Below are positions 1 to 13,112 of a DNA stretch of 64,000 bases, one piece after another. The DNA comes from Schmidtea polychroa (taxonomy: Eukaryota): assembly GCA_044892525.1 (NCBI GenBank), contig CM097888.1, positions 2,914,001-2,978,000 of the forward strand. The letters run 5' to 3'. Every line of letters starts with the position of its first letter. Positions within the stretch are counted from its first letter, which is position 1. Position numbers and translations under genes: made by a program. The notes beneath the pieces are model-generated. The model was not told the origin of the DNA. It was given only the letters and a program-made list of their open reading frames with translations, and did not search any database.

Positions 1-129
1 GTTGTAAGGAGTTTTGACGAGTTGAAAAAAACTGCCCCTTTCTGTCGGTAAAATTGAATGGATACAGTAGTAAACAATGAACAAAATTAAATTCCCGGCA
101 TTCAATTTATCTGTATAATATGTAAAAGA

Positions 130-223
130 CAAACAAAACCGATTATCGTTTTGTGAAATAAAGAAACCGATAATCGTTTTCAAAATCGAAAATCGGATTT
201 CCGATTTTCGTTTAACAACCCTA
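130..223. mobile_element. Probable terminus of an hAT-type non-autonomous element (reverse complement starts TAGGGTTGTT, with clustered AAACCGA/AAATCG subterminal repeats)
   Basis: Ends ...TTTAACAACCCTA at 223, with repeated aaaccgat/aaaatcg motifs at 136-210. The partner end was not seen. Confidence 0.35.
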
Positions 224-551
224 GTTTCTACCTTGGCATTGATAATGAGAAATCTCCAAACTATGAACAAATAAAATATTAATTGAAAATATTTTTACAT
301 TATTTGCAACAAAAATGTTAGCTTTTTATTTTTGAATGGGAAAATGTTTGTTTAATTTTGTTTTTTTTGTTTTTTTGTTTATTCAATATTTGCATATTGC
401 ATATTGTTTTTCATTTTATAAATATATTTATTCTTTAATTATTTTTGGTGGGACGGGTGACAATTTTGATATTTACCCAAGGCCCCAACTAGATTTGATC
501 TGGACAGGATTAATTTCATTGGCAATTCTTGTGCAAGGTAATAGTGAGAAT

Positions 552-1285
552 CTGGGACGTAATCAGGATTTCAGCAGGGGGGGGAGGGCGCGGTAAAATT
601 ATTAATTTTTGCATTTCTTCGAGAAATATTAAAAGTTGACACGGATAAATAGAAAAAAATATTTTAAGTTAATTAACAAATTTATTATTAATTATAAACA
701 ATGTATATTACATAGAATATATTACGATATAATATTGATTCATCTTTGTCCCTTCATTAATTCAGAAAGTATTTCATCCATATTTATCTTAATGCCTTCA
801 TGAATATATAACAAAGCCAAACCGTGTAACCATTTTTCATCCAAGGCATTTATTAAATATGAACTCAGGTATTTAAGTGATGAATGAGAGCGCCCTGCTC
901 TACCAGTTGATACCGATAAAACAGCAAATATTGTGAGCTGAATGTAAACATATATATATGAAATTGGATCATATATTGCTGATGTAGCTACAGCAGCATT
1001 CGGTTTGATTTTGATTTCTTCAAATGTTTTGTACCACAGCTTCAACTCATTCAATAGTTTTTGGTTACAATAAATATCTTTTTGATAGGAACCAATGAGG
1101 TTATTAACATTTTGTAGTTCTTCGTCCATTTTCTTTCGTTTTCTTATTCTCATACAATTCTTATAACAAAAACAAAATAAAAGTTTAATTAAAATATTTC
1201 ATCCCTAATTTATATTTGGTTATTTATAATTTATTTGTGGGGGGGGGGCAAATGGCCTCTATGCCCTTCCTTGGCTACTTACCTG
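552..1285 (-). mobile_element. Internally deleted hAT transposon carrying a C-terminal dimerization-domain relic
   Basis: Degenerate TIRs (CTGGGACGTAATCAGG / rc CAGGTAAGTAGCCAAGG) and 8-bp TSD gtgagaat/ttgagaat. ORF 740-1153(-) reads IFAVLSVSTGRAGRSHSSLKYLSSYL...LHGLALLYIH, matching the hAT dimerization motif (T-x-ERSFS-x-LK...RL-x-GLALL-x-IH). Confidence 0.75.
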
Positions 1286-1799
1286 TTGAGAATGCACAAG
1301 AATAAAAACAAAAGGAAAGTGTGATTGTTAAGCACATAATAATTTTCAGCACCCTGTGATTTATGGGAGCAAGGGGTCGCGTATAAACTGCTACTCAAGC
1401 GAAATAAAATTACCAATTTTACCATTTATTCATTCCATAAATTAAAATTTAATAAAATAAATATAAAATAAATTATAATTTTAATTAGAAATAACTCGGC
1501 ACCTTTCTCATTCTATTTATTTCCAGAGTTTAATATAAAAATTTAATGTTTAAAAGTTTTGAAGACCATTTCGAACTCGAAAAGTGTGGCTAGATCTGTA
1601 TTGCCTAAGTGGTGCGTTAGGTAAGTCCCGGGACTCGGCAAGAATAACAGTCAAATCCAGTTCAAATTTTTTTTACTGTTATATACTCCAACAATAGCTC
1701 GTTTCTCAATATTTAAGCCATTTCCCTTCACGCATCTCTTCCAGTGACGAAGAAGTTCCACAAATGCATTTCCAAAGAAATTGGGAGTAAGAGAGGTCA

Positions 1800-2620
1800 A
1801 TACATTCTCGACTTTCTCGAATTTCTTTTGGAGTTGAAAATTTCCGGATTGAAAATGGTTTGTATGGAGGATGCGTTTCTAGCCGTAAGTCCCACTCTTC
1901 TGTTATGGTCGTGAAGAGGCTGGAAGTAATAATTAGAGCGTTGTTATGCAACAACCAAAGAGGCACACCTGGAGACCTTCTGCGACGCTTCCGCACATCA
2001 AACATGAATTTAATGTCATATTGGGAGTTCCTAGTGGCTTTGCGATTAGGAAATTCACTTTTAATGATGCCGCGAATGTTCCTGAAGATGTTCAGTATGG
2101 CAGTTCGTTCATGAGATGTCTCGCTGCGGAGTTTGCATGGGGCTGATTCACTTGGCATACGCCACCCCACAGAGCCTCTCTTGTTCTCTCATCCTTGGTC
2201 ACAATATTTTGAAGGAAAACATCGCTTTATTTGTCGTAGAGTTACAGTTTGGATTTGGAAATCCCTCAAGCCTGGCGTTGAGCAGGAACAAATCTAGGAA
2301 CAAAGCGCGATCAGAGTTTCCTGATGCCGAATTTTTTAGAGACGTTTTGCAAATTCAGTAATGGTTATTTTGAGTTCGGAGAGAACATTTTTTGGAAACA
2401 ATTGTCAGTTCTCATAGGAAATCTCAGCCGGTATTCCTTCCCTTTCCTCGTTAAAAACTGACTGCCGGCCTCTTCTAAATTCTCCAATGCAGTTGTAAAT
2501 CATTGAACGGACTGGGCAATGGTCCTGTTAGACCTTTTATAGCTGTTGAATGATATAATTATTCCCAATTCCTTTCAAAACAAAATATTTGACAACACTG
2601 GGATATTCTACGCTTGACGA
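1800..2620 (-). pseudogene. Degenerate non-LTR (L1/Tx1-like) retrotransposon ORF2 C-terminal relic
   Basis: Frameshifted minus-strand translation gives FPKNVLSELKITITEF...PGLRDFQIQTVTL (cf. P-x-x-V-L...GGLG-x-RD) and NSCLMCGSVAEGLQVCLFGC (cf. the C-terminal CxxC...HxxxxC knuckle). Many stops. Confidence 0.45.
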
Positions 2621-3090
2621 CATAACCATTACGAAACTGACAAGACTGCCTTGCTCTTTCACGTAATAAACATCATAAACACGACCATGGTAAATATGTA
2701 GCCACTAAGGTGACCGCTATTTATAGAAACATCCTATTCCAGAGACTTATCTAACGCACCACGTGTTGCCATTTAGTGTCAATGAATAAAAATGTGTGAT
2801 TTTATTACTAATTATTATGTGGTTTTGTTTAAATTATGTAGAGGTTACAAATGTAAAACTTTCATTAATAAAAATATAATATTTCCAGATGTTACTCAAG
2901 TAGAAAGATTGAAATGCTGTGTAAACTCTCCCTTCAAAAGGTAGAATGTAACCAATAGGCGTTTCAGTCCCAACATCTATAAAGAGTGGGAAACCCGTGA
3001 AATATGCAAAGGTAATGAATTCAAATGTATAAAGTGTCAACATTTTCCATACAAATTATCAGAGACATTGAATAAATGAAGGCCTTAATG

Positions 3091-3603
3091 CAGGGGTGGC
3101 CAACCTTTTTGGTAAAAGGGCCATTACAATATTTTTGAATAATGCGGCGGGCCGCAGGTTTGAAAGGCGTAAATTTTTAACTAATGCTTCTGTGCTAATT
3201 CCAACTAAGGAACAGGAGAAGCGCAGTAATAGCCCGTAGTGGGGTCTGAGACAACCGCTAGTGTATATGAAATAAACAAAGTTTGCACGATTATTAATTA
3301 TCTGGAAGCAATATGATATATGCACCGTAAATTGACGATCAACAAAAGTAACACAGTTATTAAATTATGCAATTTACCTTTTTAATTTATTGGTTAGGTT
3401 TCGTTTTTTTGATAAAAATTTTTATAGTTTGTATTGTAATTATTAACTATATATTCTTTGTGTTGCATTTATTACATTTTTTGTATTATATCGTATTTTA
3501 AAAAGTTTTTATAATATATTTTCAAAATATTAAAGCATGCGGGCCGCCAATTGATGACCCGTGAGCCGCAAACGGCCCGCGGGCCGCCGGTTGGCCACTC
3601 CTG
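3091..3603. mobile_element. hAT (Charlie/Buster-type) MITE
   Basis: 15-bp TIR CAGGGGTGGCCAACC / rc CAGGAGTGGCCAACC; perfect 8-bp TSD ccttaatg (3083-3090, 3604-3611). Confidence 0.9.
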
Positions 3604-3865
3604 CCTTAATGTAATCCTTGACTAAATAAATCCCTGGAATTTAATTCTAAAATCATTTTCAACTCCGTCTTTATATTCTTGGGACTTTAACGGACTAAAA
3701 TTGAAACTCTTGAAATCACTTTTCCTAAGGATGATTTTGCTTCATAGAGAAACAATTCCAAATATTTATACAAAGGTTCAACACTATAATTGCAATGATG
3801 TTGCCGTTAAGTCGACAGTTACAAGCGGAACAAAACAATTATTTGATATGAAGGATGTTGTATGA

Positions 3866-4210
3866 CAGCGGTTCTCATCCAGTGTTCCGCGAAAAAATGA
3901 CATTTTATCTTTAAATTTGCATTTAAGATACATATCATCAAAAACCTCAATTAATTTATTTATAAGCTGATTCAATAAGAAAGCCGTTACACAGATATAT
4001 AAACATACAAATATAAAAGTGTTTTTATTGCTTGTTATTGTTGCGCGTGGTATTTTCTTTGCTTATAAGAGGCATTGTTTACGTTTACGAAAGATTTATA
4101 GTAATTTGTGATTGGTCACTCATTGTGGCAGTTATTTTTTTGTCAGTGTTCCGCGTAAAAATAATCATGTGAATGATGTTCCGCGCTTTTATATCAATTG
4201 AGAACCACTG
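3866..4210. mobile_element. hAT (Charlie/Buster-type) MITE
   Basis: TIR CAGCGGTTCTCA / rc CAGTGGTTCTCA; perfect 8-bp TSD ttgtatga (3858-3865, 4211-4218). Confidence 0.9.
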
Positions 4211-4589
4211 TTGTATGAGAAAAGAGAAAGGGTCTTGAAGAACGGGTTGAAAACTTATTTATAAAAGTAACAAAAGTTTGTTAAAGACTTCAGCATGATC
4301 ATAAGTATTCCTGTTACAAGAGTAACAAAATCATAATTTCATTTTCAATATGGCGGCAGGAAACAGAGGAATATAATAGAATAACAATTCTATATTAATT
4401 TTATATAATGTTTCACCAAAAAATGAAAAACCAATTGAATCTTACCTTGGGATGTGAAAGAAACTTCAAAACTTTAAAATAAATACGAAAGATGCAACCG
4501 TGTTCTCTACGAACCGTGGTACCAGGCAACACGACACCCTCTCTTCGACACTTCCTATGGTCACGCAGAACATCACTCTTGTTGTTGTA

Positions 4590-5220
4590 GAAGATATCAA
4601 AGCCAGTCCTCTAAAAATAAATATTCAACTGGACGACTAAACTGATGTTGATATGGTAGTGAATTATTAGTATTTTCGCGATACTTTAAAGAAAATGAAA
4701 TGCTAGAAGGTTTTCTATTTTGTGAAAGGCTTGGTTCATCGACAAAAGACATTAATGTTTTAAAGCACAATAATACATGAGTATTATAGGCTCAATTTGT
4801 ATTAATGGTACCCCTGCGATTAATCACTGCATGTTGCATCGTCATGCACTTGCATCGTCATGCACTGGCATCGTCATGCACTTGCATCGTCATGCACTGG
4901 CATCGTCATGCACTTGCATCGTCATGCACTGGCATCGTCTTGCACTTGCATCGTCATGCACTCGCATCGTCATGCACTTGCATCGGGCCTTGGGTGAAGA
5001 AGTCAGTGCTATTCGCAATTTGCTTCTTCATCATTCAGAAATACGGTGAATCTCCAAAGGCGTCATATTGACCAAGATTTATGAATTGCACAAAGAAATT
5101 GTACAGTTTCTTAAAAATCAAAATAGTGAATTAGTGGAAGCTTTTGGAAATAGAGATATATTAATTCTGCTAGCCTCCTTAACAGATGAATTTAGCCACA
5201 TGAATGAAGTAATAACATAA
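4590..5220 (+). pseudogene. Buster/ZBED5-like hAT transposase relic
   Basis: Fragments LLVFSRYFKENEMLEGFLFCERL, CINGTPAINHCMLHRHAL, LLLHHSEIR*ISKG and IYELHKEIVQFL match the DDE/CxxH/EVRWLSRG motifs of Buster transposases. Stops and frameshifts present. Confidence 0.75.
4835..4985 (+). repeat. 16-bp minisatellite (T/G)GCATCGTCATGCACT, 9 full copies plus a partial copy
   Basis: Units start at 4835, 4851, 4867, 4883, 4899, 4915, 4931, 4947 and 4963. Confidence 0.95.
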
Positions 5221-6151
5221 TAACAGCTAGTGGAGACGTCGAGTTGAAAATGGGAATTTTGCAATTTGTTTTTATTTATAGCGTGCAATTGTATAATTGC
5301 TTGCTGAACAGCCGAATGTAGGGAGCCACCCGCTCAAGCAAATTGCAGCATTTTTATATAAGACCAAAATATTAGTATATAATTTGACAAAGCTTTCAAA
5401 TGAAGATTCCATAAGCACCTCATTGAAAATACCATATTAAAAGGTGCGCCTTGGTCTCAAATTTACATTGGACATCATATAAAATAGCCAAAATAAATAA
5501 CTAAAACTTTAATTAAAATATTATAATTTGTATTAATTAAATTTTTAAATAATTCAAATCAGATTTGGTTTTCTCATGTACCCCCCCCCCCCTCCCCCTC
5601 CCCCTCCACTCCCCTCGGACCTTCACTTTGCTTGATCACACCCTCCCATAATGTTATTATTTAATAAAAAATAAATTCCAATTGAACATCCAAAAACCCT
5701 TTGAGCTTATCCATAAATCAAGATAAGCCTATCTAATTGGGCCACCCACCAACCGAATGATCTATCAAATATTGATAAATAAAACATAAAAATTGCATTT
5801 TGACCATGACTCAATAGCGTGAATGAGAAATAATCCGCAAATATCGCTTGGAGAAATATTAGAAAGCATTGCGTTGCGTGAGCGATGCGCAATCTGAAAC
5901 AATTTATCGATTGTGGAGCAACAAAACCACAAGAAATAAGAGAACCGCTCAATTTCACTTTGATCTGGCCACCTGCATTGCAGACAAATTTCTAGCACAA
6001 TTTTATCCAATCACGACTTGCTCAATCGCTGCTCTATGAATCAGAGCGTAATCAATGCTCATTGTGCACAGCAATGCTTGATATTGGTGACGTAACATTG
6101 GAGGTAATAACATGATAACAGTGTAACAACGTAAACAACACACCTGAAATC

Positions 6152-6445
6152 ACAATAATAATAATAATAATTATAATAATAACAACAACAACAACAATAA
6201 TAATAATCATAAAGAATGCTTGCGTTAACGCATCACAGTGCTGATGCCATGCTATAAATCAGTTGCTAACCACTCCCGGATCAGTGTCAGATTTCTTGCG
6301 ATAGATCAAATAACGATTGGCATAGATCAGTAGACCACGGCTTTCGTTGACTAGATTTCAAGTGGTTTCACAACATTTACAGTAATGTGTACAATACACA
6401 CACACACGCAAGCATGCACACATGCACATACATACACACACATAC
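6152..6445. repeat. (AAT/AAC)n and (CA)n-type microsatellites
   Basis: aataat/aacaac run at ~6152-6210 and cacaca/catgcaca run at ~6395-6445. Confidence 0.8.
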
Positions 6446-6819
6446 TCAATGCCAATCAGACAATAGGCTTGCTAACCTGAGGCGTCTCAATATTAGAGAA
6501 ATCGATTGCTCACTGTGATTGGCTGAATGAGTTTGTGTGCGATTGTGCTTGCCATGCAACCAATTTCATATAAATTTAGCGTTATTCTTTCTCGAAATTA
6601 AATTGTTTTCTACCGTCGGCTTTGAGATCTCAATGGAAATGATTTCGGTTTTCTGGATACGATAAATCCGTAATTATTCTTTTATTATTAGTAATTTGCT
6701 GTTCTCATTGACTTTTAGGGAGGAATTTCCAGGGATCGCGAGCGATGGGATGAAGGAGACTGTAAATATGTAAATGTTTGTTTATGGCTAATCCATCCAA
6801 TTTCCACATATCATGTTGT

Positions 6820-6973
6820 NNNNNNNNNNNNNNNNNNNNNNNNNNNNNNNNNNNNNNNNNNNNNNNNNNNNNNNNNNNNNNNNNNNNNNNNNNNNNNNNN
6901 NNNNNNNNNNNNNNNNNNNNNNNNNNNNNNNNNNNNNNNNNNNNNNNNNNNNNNNNNNNNNNNNNNNNNNNNN
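6820..6973. other. Assembly gap (N run)
   Basis: N characters. Confidence 1.
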
Positions 6974-8859
6974 GAATTTATCCGTATTGAAACCACATCT
7001 TTGCATCATCGGCTGTGAACCCTGTAAATACCTTCATTTATTATTATTATCATCATCGAATATAATGTATTATCAGTTTTATTCCATGTTGTAACGAAAA
7101 TATAATTTATTATTGTTATTTTATAATATTGAGTTTTATAATCAATTGTTTTATTCTGGATTTCCAATGCTTTATTTTAGACCAATCAAAATCGATTTTT
7201 CATTTTCAGAAGATTTGCAGAAATATTGATTGGAATCGATTATTAATTTTTCATTTTTGATTTATTGATTTTTCATGGTGAGAAAATGTGAAAATCATTT
7301 GAAAATTTGTGTGGTTTTGGCATTGATGGAATGATGTCATTTGCATTGCGAGCTCGCATTAATGTTATATAAGATATTAAATCGATAGATAAAAAATAGA
7401 TAAATGTGCAAAGTGCAAGTTGGAAAAAATCGATTTGTATCATGTGCATCATTTGGAATGTGCTGGAGCACCTTTGGAGAGATTAGAATGATCAGTAGAG
7501 GGGCCGGTTATTCAATCAATTGGTCATAAAAAGTAACTCGGCACCAAGTTATGTCGTGCGTCATTGCGTTGAAACAGTAAATAGGGGGTAATGCGACACT
7601 GGCACTCAATATTCATGAATATATTAATATGGTGATTCATGGCATCATAATTGTCTATGGGCTGCCATAATTGATTTCTATAAATATATAAATTTGCAAT
7701 GATGAAGTGGCGGTTTCTCATTACAGAATCGACAGCATGTTTCGTGGACAAATTACGAATTCACATCTCATCAGAGAGCCAAAATAATTTCAACTTGTTA
7801 ATTTATTATTTGTTTTTATGATAAACATTTTGTTTTTTCAATAAAGGCATGCGAGGACAGGTTACCTTTACCTTTCCTCGCGTTATGTGGAATAAAATTT
7901 ATTGTTTCATGGGTCCATTGAAAGCTCCTGCTGAATTATACGGTGGGGAAACGTAACCTGGTGGCGTCAAAAAGGTTTAACTTTTAATTGCACGATTTTG
8001 AATCCATCATAATAATTTGGTTTCTGTAATTCTTGCTCCAAATGATGATTATTTTATTGGGATGTCACTAATGCCTTTCACATCTTATACATAGGAACCT
8101 GTGACTATAGCCTATTTGTCCTGGGCCTAGGACAGTTGAGGCGTAGGAGACATTGTGTAAGTTCAAAAATATATTATGTTTTTATTCACTAGGAAACGTC
8201 TGTGGAACATTCACTGTGTTATTATAAGTTATTTGGTACAGGCTGCGTAACAATAAATATCTGTTTTGCACTTTGACCTTCAATGTCACAATTGCAATTT
8301 GGGGCTATGGACATGAATTGTACCAAAAGGTTTGTTACATTGCGACCAGTCATGTAAGTTAAAAGATTATCAACGCTATCAGGCCTAATAAAAATTTAAA
8401 AATAAGTTTTGGTTAAAAATTGTCTCGATGAGAATAATTCTGATTCCATTTTTATATGGATAAAATCCTTTAAGGTATAAATTATTCAGTTATTTACTGC
8501 CCCCCCCCCCTGTCAATAGCGACTCACTAAAGTATGTGAAATGTACAGTTGTCAAGTAATTTCTTTCCTTTACAACTGCGCAGCATCCCGACCAAAATTC
8601 CTAACAAATTTATTGAGTTTCCAGTTTGTAGTCTTCGTTTAGTTCAATGCTTAGAATAATGTCTCAACCATTTCCAGTCAGTAATACCGTTTTAAAACAT
8701 AACAACTTTCTGTGCTACCTTTTTTCTTCGACAATTAATATTTATTTCATCCACAGTATGTTACTAGAGGAGTAGGCAGAGAGAACTAAATTCCACATTA
8801 CTCGATATTGATGAAAGTAGTTATGATACTTTCCTGAGAAAATGTGACTAAATTCAGAT

Positions 8860-9428
8860 CAGGCCCGGCCTTAGGGCTAGACGAACAAGGCAACCGCCTT
8901 GAGCCCCGCGCTTTGACTAAAAATTATACTTCTAACTATTTCTGTCACTGTTGGTTCCTAAATGCGATCAACAATGATTCAAGATCGATTCAGTAACTTA
9001 GCTATTTTGTCAATTGAGAATGATTTTGCTAAGGATCTTGACAATAATGAACTTATTACAGATTTTGCAGCAGTCAAAGGTCGCAAAATTTGCTTGTAAG
9101 TTGTAAAAACCAGGTGGAAATAGAAGATACAACCAAACCAACGCTATAGTGTATATAGTTTATAATGTAGAGTGTATATATGAACAGTCATTAGCATACC
9201 AAAACAAAACATTTTAATTATTAATTTTTTTTAGTTTTATGACCTTCAGTTAAATGAATAAAACTGTAATTATTGATGTGTCAACGATATTATAGAGTAA
9301 AAGTTTATGTAATTTAATATTTTATTTCCGATTATTTTAATATATGTAGAAATGCAAATTTTTGCATGGGTCTCGCTCCTTGTCTGCTGCCTTACGAATG
9401 GGCCCCGCATGCTCTAGGGGCGGCCCTG
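8860..9428 (+). mobile_element. Non-autonomous hAT element with the 3' end of a transposase
   Basis: TIR CAGGCCCGGCCTTAG / rc CAGGGCCGCCCCTAG; perfect 8-bp TSD attcagat. 8965-9099 encodes RSTMIQDRFSNLAILSIENDFAKDLDNNELITDFAAVKGRKICL* (hAT dimerization C-terminus). Confidence 0.88.
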
Positions 9429-9630
9429 ATTCAGATAGAAATAGTACTTACATCCATCAAGCCCACGGTATTCTTGCACCCAACAGTCTGAAATTCACTG
9501 TTGAACTTCCTTATCAAGTGTTTCTCACCACTGATCTCTCAGAGGGTGAATCCCATGCGATTTTTCAGCATTGGTTGACCTCCAGACCACTTCCACTGTA
9601 TACTGTACGTTTCCCACATAATAAAAAAGT

Positions 9631-9688
9631 GGTTGAGTTCCGATCGAGTTTTCATTATGTGGTGGTACATTTGAACTCGCAAATCATT
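9631..9688 (-). pseudogene. Displaced copy of part of WASHC4 exon 14
   Basis: 55/58 nt identical to 18558-18615 ([19 protein letters not shown]). Confidence 0.85.
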
Positions 9689-9742
9689 GCGATATCATCG
9701 ATGTGATAAATTTGAGCAGCCAACGCAATTTGGATTCCAAAA

Positions 9743-9920
9743 GTGGTTCTGTTTACATTCCAGCGCTTATATATTCCCCACAAATTTTACCGGGTGCCTA
9801 AATTCTCTGACAAAAAGTCCTATGAATCATTATTTGGATTCCTTTATGGCGCTAGAAACCCATTTTCCATATCAAATGAAGATTTATTGAAAAGTTGTAT
9901 GGATCTTCATGTGAATCAAA
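9743..9920 (+). pseudogene. ZMYM1/TTF-type hAT transposase fragment
   Basis: KSYESLFGFLY...SNEDLLKSCMDL resembles the conserved YESxFGFL...DxLxxxCxxL segment of this hAT group. Confidence 0.5.
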
Positions 9921-12014
9921 TCAGTCATTACAAAGTATTTGCAGGGATAATATTCACAAAATAATATTGAATTTGTATATTTTAACCACGGATCTATAAA
10001 GTAAAAGTGAAAGAAATCAATCGAACTGATTGTACCGAAATATCTCAATAGAAGGAAGCATTGAGAGATCACAAAATCGTAATTTTCACTTGTAGAATTC
10101 TCTAAGAAGCCTTGAAACTTTTAAATTGATTGATGAAATGTGTCATAGTAACTAATAAATTGTAAACTTGCTGACAAATAAATTGTAATATATTGCTAAG
10201 ATTTCGATATTGTTATTACAAAATCACGCGTGGAATGAGATCAATAATTGTTAATATCCGAATGCACAGACAACACAACAAGCGGTAGGACTCAATGTAA
10301 TGTTAAATAGCTCTGTATACACATGTCAAATTCACGAGGTCTCTGGCCTAAAGTAAACACGGGAAAATCAGCTTAAATAAATATTACTTCTTATCTATCA
10401 CCCCTGCCAGTGATGTAGGAGTTTTAAAAATTGCTCGAAGAACTCTTTTACCACGTGTTGTAAATCATCGGAGCCAGTAAAATGATTTCTCTTTCAAATT
10501 AACAGTTAGATGGTGTTGCAAGGTATTTTTGAGACAACAGATCACTTATTTATACACAAAACCTTCATTAAAATAAATTTTCAAATAATTTCCTATGACT
10601 CTTGTCGCAAAAGCATGCTCATTTTGCTATAGTAAACTTTAAGCTTGTAGACTTTCGATAGGCATTGTTTTTACAATTTTTGCTTTAAAGAAGTTCGGTT
10701 CTTTTAATGACTCCACTCTAAAAATATATCGCAAGACTAAAGGAAACAAACAAATTTATTTATTATATAATATATAAATACGAAATCTCTTTGGATAAGT
10801 AAGAGATATCACACGATATTTTTCTTTAACTTTTAGCAATGGTGTCATTTAAGTCATTTTTTGGGTACTCGATGAACATTACATACGTAGCATTAACAGG
10901 TAATACACTGATATCTTGTGATTGTGGGCAGACATGATACATTCCTCTCTTATTACTATTTTCTACGTAAGGACAATTAAACCTTTCACAGAGGTTTTCA
11001 AATTTGGGAGTTTTGATCTCTGATATATGGGATGCATTCACATTTCCTTTCCAAGGTCTTCTTGAAATCATAGTGTTTCATTATTTGAACACAGGTAGTA
11101 TGCAATAATGAAACACCCATATAAATTTTGGCTGATTGCAGTAGGTTCTAACCAATTTTATATAGCTTTCTACATCTGATTTGATGGCGTTAAAGCACTC
11201 AATTATTTCACATTTACCATATCTTTATAAAGGTCGCGGACGATTCAGCAAGTTTGATATTCTTTTTTTATGCATATTTTCATTGAATTGTGAAACAATT
11301 GATCTTACTGGGATTAATGAATCTAACTTGTTCTCACGAAAAGTTTCAGCTTTTATAGTTTTAAGACACCATAGCTCATGTATGATCGAAATACTGGATG
11401 ACCATCAGGTTCAGATAGAGGTTTTCTGCGTGCATATGAGAAACTTTGTAAGCACCAGCTATCAGATAGAGCCCTACGCGAAGCACTCCATCTTTACATA
11501 TGCTGAAGATACAGTTATATAACTTCTACCGAAAGAGAAATGGTTCGAGATATTAAAGAAAGATTTATTAAGTTATAACAATTAAATATAAAAGATTCAG
11601 ATGTTCAGATGCTTTGAACCAACCATTATTCTTGCGAATGGAAACTCATGATATACATCCAGATTTGGATTGAATTTTTACATGGTACCAATGAAAGTCG
11701 AATAAGCTCGAAACATCTGTCTTTAGAAATCACATTATTATCTGTGTTATTTTATTAGGTTAAGAAAATATCCTGAACCGGTTAACAATTATTTCTGACT
11801 TTATGCGTATCTAATTAAGACGACAGGCTCAAAGCAATAAGTTTATTGAAAATACAGCAATGAAAAAACGCTGAGTGTTTCAATTAGAAATAATTTAAAT
11901 TTCATCTTTTTGATAAACAGTTTGATCTAGGAGCTCGAGACTCTTGAATTGAATCATAAACTGTTTACAAATCATCTCTCGTACAATTCAATAGACTTTG
12001 TCGATACTTTAAAT

Positions 12015-12130
12015 AATGGACTAGAAACTTTGATTCTCAGTAGAAATTACAAAATCTGGAAGTAAAACAAAGAAATTACGGCATTGCAAATTTTCTTTGA
12101 TCAGAATACCATGACGTAAAGGTCTACGTA
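12015..12130 (-). pseudogene. Displaced degenerate copy of WASHC4 exon 20 with flanking intron sequence
   Basis: 12047-12112 aligns with 16131-16197 (CTGGAAGTAAAACAAAGAAATTA...TTTCTTTGATC). It retains the GTAATT donor and a copy of the next acceptor (ggactagaaac vs ggtctagaaac). Confidence 0.75.
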
Positions 12131-13112
12131 GAGCTTATTTCCTTTAATCAAGGTCATCAACAAAATTAACAACTGAACTATTATATTCGTATTTATCCTT
12201 TCATTTGCTAACTAATCATATCTGATTCCACCAAGAAATATTGATATTTCTATTTTTTACATTTTTAATAAATTTCATTTAAACTCGTGAATTTAATTTA
12301 TATATTGCCTTATTATATTCGTAACTAGCTCGAAGAAGTTCCTATTCAGACTCCGTTCCATTATTAGTACTATCTATTGGTTATCATTTTGATAGTGTAG
12401 ATTTGGGCGAATTGTATTAACAATAAACCTTACTATGTTTGGGCTTTGTCACTTCTGGATTTCTACGAATATGATTTGTCGCTTCTTGTTACAGCTGATT
12501 AAATTTTTTCTGTTAGAGTTTAGCCAAAATACATATTAGTATTTTGTACAAGTTTGGTAATTGTTATTCCGGTAACCTGTTAAAACACTTACGTTAGCAA
12601 AAATTTCCAAAGTGAAATTTCAATTCCTGTGAAACAAGATTTACGCCCATCACAATTTGGGGTTAGGATTAAATTTTTTTAAATGTATTCATTTAAACAA
12701 AAATTAAATAATTGATAGGCCCAAAAATCTAAAAAAGAAAGGTGGAGTTCAAACTTTAGATTTATATAATATTGCATACTGATGTAATCCAATGATATAA
12801 TACTATACAGTTTATTGGGCAAAGGGGATATATTTGTCATGTACAATAGCACTTGACGAGTGTTGTGTAATTATTATGTAATAATATTTTCTTGTGATAT
12901 TTTAATTGGAGGTTCGTTAATATTTCGTCGAATGAAATTAAGGGAAATTATTATAAAATCATAAATGGATTTAAGGTCCAGAAAGATATGCAGAAATTAA
13001 TTAGGAATAATAGGTCAATTTCTAGTAATCAATTAAGGCGGCAAGACACAAATCCGATATAAGAAATTAGAGAGGTGATTGGCACCGTAAAATCAATATA
13101 TGTATCTATTGC

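Noticed and set aside
4835-4985. CRISPR-like array
   Set aside because: Head-to-tail repeats with no spacers, in a eukaryotic context; the same applies to 16535-16842 and 42773-42830.
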